NCBI RefSeq assembly: GCF_036321535.1
Contig: NC_087466.1
Coordinates: 1,922,001-1,986,000 of the forward strand
Origin: Camelus dromedarius
Taxonomy: Eukaryota
Length of the DNA: 64,000 nt
Direction of reading: 5' to 3'
The notes under the pieces were generated by a model. It was not told the origin of the DNA. It saw only the letters and a program-made list of their open reading frames with translations, and did no database searches. This document shows positions 1-29,200 of this stretch, piece by piece. Numbering within the stretch: the first letter of the stretch is position 1; each line of letters starts with the position of its first letter. The position numbers and the translations under genes are program-made.

Positions 1-388
1 GGCCCGCGCGCATTCGCCTGAGGTCAGTTCGGAACGCGCGCGGCCAGGACCAGGACAGCGGCTGGTGGGGTCCCCCGGGGCGGCGGCCTGGCGGGGAAGG
101 TCCCCCCTCCCTCGCTACCTCAGGCAAAGTTTCCCGAACTCGGGCTGCCGGGGGCGCCTGCGATTGGCTGCGGGCCCATAGCCCGCGAGCGGATTGGCTG
201 TTCGGGGCTCGGGGGCTGGGCCCGAGGGGTAGAGTCCGCCCCGAAGCATTGAAATGGGAAGCCCCCCGGAGGCTCCCGCAGACCCGAGGCTGCGCTGTGG
301 TGCCGCGGGACCGGGACACGGAGGGAAGGGAGTGAGCCGTGCGCTCACGGAGGCCCCGGGCCGTCCGGCGCGCGTCTCATCGTCAGCC
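1..388 (+). promoter_or_regulatory. CpG-rich CLDN5 5' region with tandem reverse CCAAT boxes
   Basis: GATTGGCTG occurs twice (ATTGG at 163-167 and 193-197, 30 nt apart). The CpG island extends through the CDS. TSS is unknown. Confidence 0.5.
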
Positions 389-1045
389 ATGGGGTCGGCG
401 GCGCTGGAGATTCTCGGCCTGGTGCTGTGCCTGGTGGGCTNNNNNNNNNNNNNNNNNNNNNNNNNNNNNNNNNNNNNNNNNNNNNNNNNNNNNNNNNNNN
501 NNNNNNNNNNNNNNNNNNNNNNNNNNNNNNNNNNNNNNNNNNNNNNNNNNNNNNNNNNNNNNNNNNNNNNNNTGCAGTGCAAGGTGTACGACTCGGTGTT
601 GGCGCTGAGCACGGAGGTGCAGGCGGCGCGGGCGCTCACCGTGGGCGCCGTGCTGCTGGCGCTCGTCGCGCTCTTCGTGACCCTGGCGGGCGCGCAGTGC
701 ACCACCTGCGTGACCCCCGGCCCGGCCAAGGCGCGCGTGGCCCTCACGGGTGGCGCACTCTACGCGTTCTGCGGGCTGCTGGCGCTCGTGCCGCTCTGCT
801 GGTTCGCCAACATCGTGGTCCGCGAGTTCTACGACCCGACCGTGCCCATGTCGCAGAAGTACGAGTTGGGCGCCGCGCTGTACATCGGCTGGGCCGCCTC
901 GGCGCTGCTCATGTGCGGCGGCGGCCTTGTGTGCTGTGGCGCCTGGGTCTGCGTTGGCCGGCCCGACTTTAGCTTCCCCGTCAAGTACTCCGCGTCGCGG
1001 CGGCCCACGACCAGCGGCGATTATGACAAGAAGAACTACGTCTGA
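389..1045 (+). CDS. CLDN5: Claudin-5, single coding exon, 218 aa (codons 18-62 obscured by Ns)
   Basis: gccATGg at 389; translation [17 protein letters not shown]...[21 protein letters not shown]...GDYDKKNYV* matches claudin-5, including the C-terminal YV PDZ-binding motif. 657 nt = 218 codons plus stop, and the frame is preserved across the N-gap. Confidence 0.98.
   Translation: MGSAALEILGLVLCLVGXXXXXXXXXXXXXXXXXXXXXXXXXXXXXXXXXXXXXXXXXXXXXQCKVYDSVLALSTEVQAARALTVGAVLLALVALFVTLAGAQCTTCVTPGPAKARVALTGGALYAFCGLLALVPLCWFANIVVREFYDPTVPMSQKYELGAALYIGWAASALLMCGGGLVCCGAWVCVGRPDFSFPVKYSASRRPTTSGDYDKKNYV
441..572. other. N-gap, 132 nt, inside the CLDN5 CDS
   Basis: Directly counted. Confidence 1.
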
Positions 1046-3469
1046 TGGAGCCGGGCATAGCAGGGCCGTGAGCCGGAGAATTGGCCAGGGCAGCCCCTCA
1101 CGGACGGCGGCCTGCGCCTGCGGCACACAAGCTCCGCAGAACTCCCAGTTCTTTGCTGTGACTGGACTCTGGCCGCACTAGCGGGGCCCAGGCCCCGCCC
1201 TACCCTGCAAGGCGACCCACACTTGGGAGGACTCGCTCGGTTTCTTTCTCTGTGTGCAGTTCTGGCTGCGACGTGGGTGGGGCGCGGGTTCCCTGGGCTC
1301 TGTGGGCTCTGGACCGAAGATCCCATTCCCTGTCCGATCCTTAGGGTCTTGGATGCCGCCCACCCCTCCGTAGCTTCTGCCGATTCCAGAGAGGTGGACA
1401 GAGTCCAGGACTCCCAGCCTGGGCTGCCGGAGGGACATGTACAGCTGGCCTTTAATCCATCAGCAGGCTAGCCCCTGGAGGTGGGGGGCAAGAGACTTGG
1501 CCTGGACCCGAGACATGGGCACCAGATACTGGGTGTGGGACTCAGGCCCTGCCCTCCTTTGCAGCTTGGGGGGGGGGTGTTGTTTGCTTAGTAAATGGTT
1601 TGGATACCCTCCCTGTGTCCTGTCCTCTGTCCAGTCACTGCCTGGGCCCAGCAGCCCCCATTCATCCACCTATGCACTGACTCCTCCCCAAAAAGCTCCT
1701 TTGGGGACCTCCCAGGATTGGCCCTTGGGATCCAGAAGATCCCATGACCATTTCTCAGGTTCACCCTGCCACCTAGTCACCTTCCCATTGGGTGGGAAAC
1801 AGCTACAGCTCACTGCAGCCCAGGGAGGCAAGATCTGTAGTCAGAAGGGCCCCTGCTGAGTCATGGGGCCTGCAGTGGGGCAGGGGTTTGGTGCAGACAG
1901 TGGTGGGTTGCCAGGTTGCTGGCTTTGCCTAGTAGAGGCTGGGCTCCACACACCACAGGGTGGCTGTTTTCCACCTGCCCTCTCAGGGCTCACCCATTTC
2001 TGGGTCACATCAAATGGCCAGGTATCAGTCCACCACTGCCTGGGCCCTTCTGCCAACAGTGCAGCGGGAACGGGGGCAAATCCAGGATGTGCACTAGGCT
2101 CCTGCAGAGCTGGCTGCAGGTCCACAAGCATGTTGCCATGGGGAGGAGGCACCTGCAGCCAGTTGCCCAGAGTGCCTGGGCTTAGCTCCAGCCCCTCCAT
2201 CCTGGCTCTCTGTGAAGGCCCTGTGCCCACCCTGCTGGCCTGGCAGCCAGCCCAGACTTGCCAAACATCAGGACCTCTGTACCAGCCCCTTCTGGGGGCA
2301 CCCTGTGGGAGCTTCCTCCTGTGGGTGGGATCACTGGGACCTGGTGTTGACCCTAGCCAGGCACCTGGGGGTGGGGGTCCCAGGAGGGCAGAGCAGACCA
2401 GAGCTGTCACTGGCACCAAGTGCTCACTGTTCCCAGCCCTGTTCTAGGCACTTTGAATTCATGCACTTTTACCTTCTGCCAAAGGCCAGGGCGGAGGACA
2501 GGACAACATTGGGGGCTGCTGGGAGGGACCCCAAGCCTAGTCAGTGGCTAAAGCTTGGCATCTGCCCCCAACCTTGGCTCCAGGGGCCATGTCCAGAAAT
2601 GCCTGGGCCAGGTCCAATGGCAAGGAGTCTCCCAGGCCTGGCCAGGCTCCCTGTTGGGGTGGATGGAGAGGAGGGTAAGAACCTGAGGACAGGGGCTCAG
2701 GGCAGCTGTTGAGAACGCTGCCCCGAACCCCAGGGTTTCCAGGGAGTCTGAACAACCCAGGGGCCTGAGTTCCCAACAATGGGATGCCTGCAGTGGGATG
2801 GGCCCCACTGCACAGGGGTCCTCAGCAGCCCCGCCCAGGCCAGAGCAAGAACACTCCCTGAGTGCTGGTGTATGATCCTGTGGCCTTGGCTCTCGGTGGG
2901 GCTGGGATAGAGGTCCTTACACTTCTGCTCCTGGCCGCTGGGCCCGGCCAGTGCCAGGTACAGTGTTTGGCCAGGAACGCAGGCCCAAGCCTGCATCCCA
3001 CATGGCCAGGAGCTGACTCCAAGGCCCCAGGCATCACTGGGATTCTGAAGCATAGCTGCCCAGCCAGCCCCAGCTCCTGCAAATGGCATGCGTGGGCAGC
3101 TTGAGGGCCCTGGGGGGCCAGGCTGCTGCCCCCTGACCCATACTAGGGAGGACAGGCAAAAGGAGCCAGCCGCCAGTGCAGCTACCCCAGTGCCCACTAA
3201 CCCTCCCTGAAGGGCACCAAGACCTGGCCCCACCCACCCAGGTTCTCAGTTCTAGGACATGATTTCTGGGCTTTTCTCACCAATTTAAAGCCTGCCCAAA
3301 CCACTCTGCCTCCTGCCCTCAGCTCCAGGCACCACACCCAGTTGGCCATGTTCCTCCAGCCTGCCTGCTCTCGGGCACCCGTGCTCCAGGTGGTGGCTAC
3401 AGATGGCCCCAGCCACTTGTGTGAATTGCTCTCTCATCCCTGAAGGGCAGAAGTGGCAATCCTCAGTGA

Positions 3470-3555
3470 GGGGGGTGTAGCTCAGTGGTGGAGGGCATGC
3501 TTGGCATGTACGAGGTCCTGAGTTCAATCCCCAGTGCCTCCATTAAGGTGAAAAG
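3470..3555 (+). mobile_element. tRNA-Ala-derived SINE, camelid Vic-1-like, short/truncated
   Basis: GGGGGTGTAGCTCAGTGG...GAGGTCCTGAGTTCAATCCCCAGTGCCTCCATTAA with pol III A and B boxes and an A-rich tail. It resembles the camelid SINE consensus as I recall it. Confidence 0.8.
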
Positions 3556-4124
3556 AAAATGGTCCCCTCCTTGCCTCAACTCTTGCATAGGTGCTCTGGG
3601 GACATCTGGGAGGGTGGGGCCAGCTGATCTCACAGCTCCTCTGACTGAGAACTCTCGCTGCTCTGAAGCCTTTGGAGGCTGCCGAGGTCCATCCAGCTTG
3701 GACCTTCTGTGACCAGGATGTGGGTGAAGCCAACCTCGGGGCTCTTTAGCCAGCTCCGCCCTTCCTGACTTGGGGCCTCGCCTTGGCTGTCCCTGCCTGG
3801 CTCGCCTGGCAGTGCCCACTGTGTGCCTGCGAGGTGGGGAGGCGCCTGGAAGGCAGGTGCTGGGGGGGAGAGGATGGCCATAGTGTGGGGGTTCTGGGAG
3901 GGGTGCATGGTCAAGAGGGTGGACTTGAGATGCTGCCAAGGCCAGTGCACAGAAGGAAGCTGTGGGAAGCTGGACCAAGCCAGAGCCTGGAGGCCACCCT
4001 CGTGCTGATTTCCACTGGGCCTTGAGGGGTGTCCAGGGCACAGAATCAAGGCCCCTCTGGACCCTCAGAAGGCTCAGGGCACAGCCAAGCACTGGCCTTG
4101 TGATCAGAACCAAGACCGGGGCAC

Positions 4125-4259
4125 CAAACCTAAAATAAACATTTTATTCCATTCAAAACCACTGTCCCTGTATCTAAAATCACATTCATAACTTATAATC
4201 TAAATAAAAGCCAGTTAACATAAATAAGGAAAGGAGGTCATTTCTGAAGAAATCAAACC
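4125..4259 (-). other. CDC45: CDC45 terminal non-coding exon (3' UTR) with AATAAA at 4143-4148
   Basis: Acceptor gtctttcctag|GGTTTG at 4259/4260 on the minus strand, an AT-rich UTR resembling the human CDC45 3' UTR as I recall it, and AATAAA. The 3' end is approximate. Confidence 0.8.
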
Positions 4260-5450
4260 CTAGGAAAGACAAAAAAGAAAAGATAAATTGTAAATAATTC
4301 TGATGTCTCCCCAGACCAAACAACCTGCCCAGGCTTCCCTCTGGGTGTGGAGCTCTTGCTTCCAAGCAGCACCACCAGTCACAGGGGTGAGCATGGGTGT
4401 CCCTGGGGTCTGGGGGGAGAACCTCAAAGGCCCATGGCCCCCAGTGCCTGCTTCCTCTGTGGACCCACCTGGTAGCTTGTCCATCCTCAGCCTGTGGTGC
4501 CCCAGAACGCTGCCCCTCACCCTCCCCAGCTGCCCCACCCTGCACCTGTCTTGGTGGCAGTAAGCACAGCGGGGCTGGCATCCTTACTGAGCTGGCTGCA
4601 GGGAGGGGTCTGCCTTGAATGCCAGCGCTACTGCCCGAGAGCCCCTGCTGGCAGCCTTTGATTTGGGTCCCAAACTCACACCTCTGCCCCTGCCTGGCCC
4701 TTGCTAAGGCCCAGCATTTGTGGCCCAGGGGTGATAGCCCTGTTTCAGATGGGGACATGGGTGTAGCCTGGTGGGTGTGCAGCCTGGTGAGGTTTCCCAT
4801 CACCGACAGCCATGGCCCCCGGCCAGGGCTCAGGCAGATGGCAAGCAGGGCGCGGGCATCCACAGTGGGGGCCTGGGCTGAGAAGTGGTCAATACACAGA
4901 GCAGACCCCTGGCCCATTTCCCAAGGGTCTTCAAGGAAAAGGTGGCGTGTGGGCCACAGGGGAGAGCATCACAGTGACGGCCACATGTGGTCCAGGCAGG
5001 CCTGGTCAGAGCCCACATTCTCTAAGTCTCCACTGAGTGGCTGCCACCAGCTTTGTTTTTTCACAGGTCAAGCACATGAGAGCCCAGACAGACGCCCCCC
5101 AGGAGCTCCTGCCCAGGGCCTGATGCTGGCCGAGGGCAGCAAGGCTCCAGAAGGCCCGGGCAGCCTTGTTCCCAGCAGCACCCAGAGCAGTGTGGTCAGG
5201 GAGGGTACAGGCCGGCTCTTTCTGAAGGAGTCCCAGGAGCTTAATGAAATTAGTGCCCTTGGAACGCCCCACTGTGGTCCTGCCACCAACCCAGGGACAG
5301 ACGTCCTTGGGAACAAGGCGTTGGGCCCAGTCTCCTCAGGGGCCGCACTCTGGCTTCAAAGACAAGTAGCAGCTGGCCTGTGTGGTGGGGCCCCAGACAC
5401 CCCCAAGGGGCCCTGGGGACTGGCCGGCACCCGCCTCCCCCACCACTCAC

Positions 5451-25338
<19,888 letters not shown>

Positions 25339-26147
25339 GGCCACGGCAGCGGGACACCCCCAGCTCGCGCGGAAACCCTGAGAGCCCGGCGGCGGTCAAG
25401 ACTCCCGCCAAGCTAGGGATCTCCCGATTGGCCCAGCGGTCAACCAACCGCGACTCACTGCCTGCTTTCTGATTGGGCTACGCTGGGGGCGGGCACTAGC
25501 GCTCCGCCATTCAGGTTGCAACAGCCCGTCCCGCCCCCAAAGGAACGTCATCGCCCGGCAGGACTTACTCGCGGATGCGCAATTCAACTCTGACGCCCTT
25601 TACCCAGAAACCCAACGCTCGGCGGACGTCTTTATTTGGGGAAGAGAACCACGCTGCCTCCCAATGGGGCCTTTAGGGAAAAGAAACCTCAACACAAATT
25701 AAATTCATGTATACATCAAAGGAGGGCGTCAGATTAGGATTTCAGTGGGCTCTCGGCCTAGCTCGAAGGCGGAAGTGGGTCTTACTTCCGCCCGAGTCCT
25801 CGATGGCTGCAGCAGAGGCGGGCGTCTGCGTGCATTCTGGGTAGTGTAGGCAGCGAGGGGAATGCCCCGCCCCATATCTGCCTGGAGGTGAGCGCTGTCC
25901 AACTGTAATCCTAAATAATCAAGCAAGGTACTCAAGAGTGCACAAAAATTAGGGAAGAGTGCTTGAGCGCTTTCTCCGGAGAAACCTTGGACCCTCGAGC
26001 CTCTGCCCGGCTTTCTCTCTTTGGCAGCAGAGCCCAGTGCGCACGTCTCCCCGGAAGTGCGGCTCCGACACTTCCGTTTGAGCCCTTGGGCGTCCGCGCT
26101 AGGAGGCGGCGGCGGCTGTGAGGAGGAGGAGGGAGGAGGAGGAAGGA

Positions 26148-26195
<48 letters not shown>

Positions 26196-26257
26196 TGTGG
26201 CTGCTCCCACCACAACGTTCCCTGGCGACGCGCTCCTGCGAGGCCGCGGCGTCCACC
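25339..26257. promoter_or_regulatory. CDC45/UFD1 bidirectional CpG-island promoter
   Basis: Divergent ATGs 919 nt apart in CpG-dense sequence. E2F-like TCCCGCCAA at 25403-25411; CCAAT boxes on the minus strand at 25427-25431 and 25472-25476; GC boxes; ZNF143-like motif at 25831-25850; ETS sites at 25768-25792 and 26051-26076. Confidence 0.85.
26148..26195 (+). repeat. Perfect (GGC)16 trinucleotide tract upstream of the UFD1 ATG
   Basis: Directly counted: 48 nt uninterrupted, preceded by a GGA-rich tract and a (GGC)4 module. Confidence 0.97.
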
Positions 26258-29200
26258 ATGGTGAGCGGCGAGGCGGGCCGGGTCCGGGGCGGGCCGAGGC
26301 CCGGCGGGCGGACGTGGTGGCCGCGGAGGTGCCGAGTCACCGGCCTGAGGCCTCCCGGGCTGAGCGCGTCGCCCGCCCTGTCTCGCGGGTGTAGCCCCGC
26401 GACGGCTTCCCGCGAACCTCGGGTGGACTGGAGGGGTGTTGGGGCGCGGGGAGAGCGCGCGGCGCCTGGGTTCGCGAGCTCAGCCCCTCGGGCCCCGCGA
26501 TGTCCTTGGCGGCAGGGAGGGCGGCCGCCGAGTTGGCTGCGGGGACCCTAGCCCAGGCTCGGCCCGGCGGGCGGCATCGCCTCGGGTCGCGGGCTTATTT
26601 TGTTGAGCTTCTCCTGAGTGTGTCAGGGTCTGTTCACACTTCCCGTCTCCGGCTCCGCATTCATTGGGCTGAGTGCCTGGTGTGCGCCGGGCGGGGGAGT
26701 GGGTCTCTGGAGCCTCGCGGGAGGCTGGAGATTAGGTTCGTGGGCTGCTCGAAGGCAGGTTGGTGCCGGCTGTTAAATTCACGGTGTGCGTTTTCCTTTT
26801 GCGAAGGAGAAGAAGGGCTTAGACGAGGGTGGGAGGTGGTGAGGAGCCCCGACCTAGAAGCGCTGTTCACCTGTTATGCTTCTGGCCAAGATTTTGCTGA
26901 ACAGAGTTCTCCTCCAAAGAAAGGGAGACGCAGATTTGAAAAGTACTATGCTAGCGCTCCAGGGAGTGAAGAACTAAGAATTTTAGCTGGAGCGTGCTGA
27001 ATTTGCATTTCTGGGAGACAACTGGTCCAGCTTGCTAATTTTGGAATTGCTAGTGAATTGTCTTACCAGTAGACGACTTTCCTTTTACTTAATATACATT
27101 TGGAATCAAGTCAAGAAATGTTTGCCTATTAAAAATTTTTTTCACTTGTGAAAAGCCTATAACATGAATTTGCCACCTTAACCATTTTTAAGTGTGGAGT
27201 TCAGTGTTCAGCATGTTCACATTCCTGTGTAGAACTTTTACATCCACAACTTTTCATCTGAAAAAACTGAAACTNNNNNNNNNNNNNNNNNNNNNNNNNN
27301 NNNNNNNNNNNNNNNNNNNNNNNNNNNNNNNNNNNNNNNNNNNNNNNNNNNNNNNNNNNNNNNNNNNNNNNNNNNNNNNNNNNNNNNNNNNNNNNNNNNN
27401 NNNNNNTATTCCACTGAGCATAGTGTCCTCAAAGGTCGTGACTATTGTAGCATGTGTTGGAATTTCCTTCCTTTTTAGGGCTGAACAATATTCCATTGTA
27501 TGGTTGGACCATGTTTTCTTTATTCATTCATCTGTCAATGGATGTTTGGATTGTTTCCAGCTCTTGGCTGTTGTGAACAGTAGTGCTGTAAACAGTACTG
27601 CTGTGAATATGGGTGTACAAATAGATCTTTAAGACCGTGCTCCCAATTTTTTTGGATCTATACCCTATTGTGTAATTTTATATCCTTTTTTTTTTTTGAA
27701 ACGTCATAAAAATTGTAATTATCTAAGACCTTGGATTGCTGGGTAACATGTTTTCTAAGCCTCCTCGCAATCTGCAGTTTAAGAGCTTGGATCCTACCCT
27801 TGTGATAGGACCACATCTTGGCTTTGCTTATGTGTAGGCAGGAGTAGCCAGATGTGGCTCAGTGAGAGAGTGCTGTGGAGGTGCGCTGGCCCTGACCCCA
27901 GGCAGAGCAGGGAAGTTCTTAGGGAAAGGAAATGCTGGTCCTGGGAGCCAGAGGAAAGGGTGGGGGTCTGCTCTGCAGATTCCTTTCCTCGCCCACTGAA
28001 AAAGCACTCCCAGGAGCTCTTTGTCCCTTACCTGCTCTTGTTCTCAGAATACTGACATGCAGACAGTTCTTTCTGGATCATTTCCCTTGTCTTGAATGTC
28101 GGCTCTGCCAGGGCAGAGATTGTACTTGTTTTGTTAGTGAGCAAACATCATTAGAGTGAAGTTTCCCTGGTCTGAGAGATCAGAGCCTGGCAGATACTGG
28201 GCATTCATCAATATTCAATGAGGAGAGGAAAGTGGTCCAGGCAGGAGATACAGCCCGGTGCGGGCATGGCAGCTGTAGGCAGTTGTGGGGCCCTCAGTGA
28301 CCGGTCCCTGAGCTAGCGCGAGGTGTGGCCTCGATGAGGAGGTGGGGGCTAAAAGAGGTTAAGGACAGGCTCAATGGGGTTACGTTTATAGTTTAGTAAG
28401 GTCATGCCATCTGCCAACAGTGGAGATGGGGTTCGCAGGAGAAGACTGGGAGTGATGGCCCGGTGGAGGCAGAGAGGAAATGCTCCCCTGTTTTGCGTTA
28501 ACATGGCATTTCTCTCCACCTAGTTCTCCTTCAACATGTTTGACCATCCGATTCCCCGGGTCTTCCAGAACCGCTTCTCCACGCAGTACCGTTGCTTCTC
28601 CGTGTCCATGCTCGCCGGGCCTAATGACAGGTCAGATGTGGAGAAAGGAGGGAAGAGTATGTGCCGTTTTTATTTTGAATTGTAACCTCCCTGCCCTCAG
28701 CCTGCAGTGCCCGTAGCTCCCCCTCCCTGCTCTGCACCTGTGACAGAAGCTAGGTCAAGGGTCACTTGCCCCAGACTTGCTAGGGGGTGGGGATTGGGGG
28801 ATAGTCTGAATTATGGTGAGATTCATGGCTGATGGTCATTCATCCCACCAAGTAAATTACAGCCAGTAGCGTTCTTGACGAAAGATGGTCGTGAAACTCT
28901 GCCTCCCTGCTAGTATCGTCAGTGCTTTCCCTTAGGGGTAACAGGGTGCACTTTGCCTTTTGTTCTGTCCTTTTAGTTTTTGTTTCTTAATGTTTCTTAA
29001 ATGTTCTTTCCACAGTAATTATGCCACCCTCAGCCCTCGACCAGCTCAGTAAGTACTTCCTACGAGATTTGAGAACTGAGGTAACGAAAAGGTGGGCACC
29101 AGGAACTGGCCCGGGTCCTGGGTGTGTCCTTCAGCGCGCCTGGTGGGAATCGTCCCTGGAGGGTGCTTACTGGGCTGGGAGAGCCGGGGCCACTGGTGCC

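Noticed and set aside
1590-1595. AGTAAA as the CLDN5 polyA signal
   Set aside because: It is a variant hexamer with a plausible downstream GU-rich tract, but sequence alone is insufficient to call it.
3470-3542. Apparent tRNA-Ala gene
   Set aside because: The D- and T-stems have mismatches, the acceptor stem has several G-T pairs, the anticodon reads GGC (not a normal eukaryotic Ala anticodon), and a SINE-type CCATTAA/A-rich tail follows. Called as a SINE.
28631-28656. Internal CAG|GTCAGA donor-like site in UFD1 exon 2
   Set aside because: Its use would delete 26 nt and shift the frame. The downstream donor at 28656 yields the known UFD1 sequence, and there is no other support.
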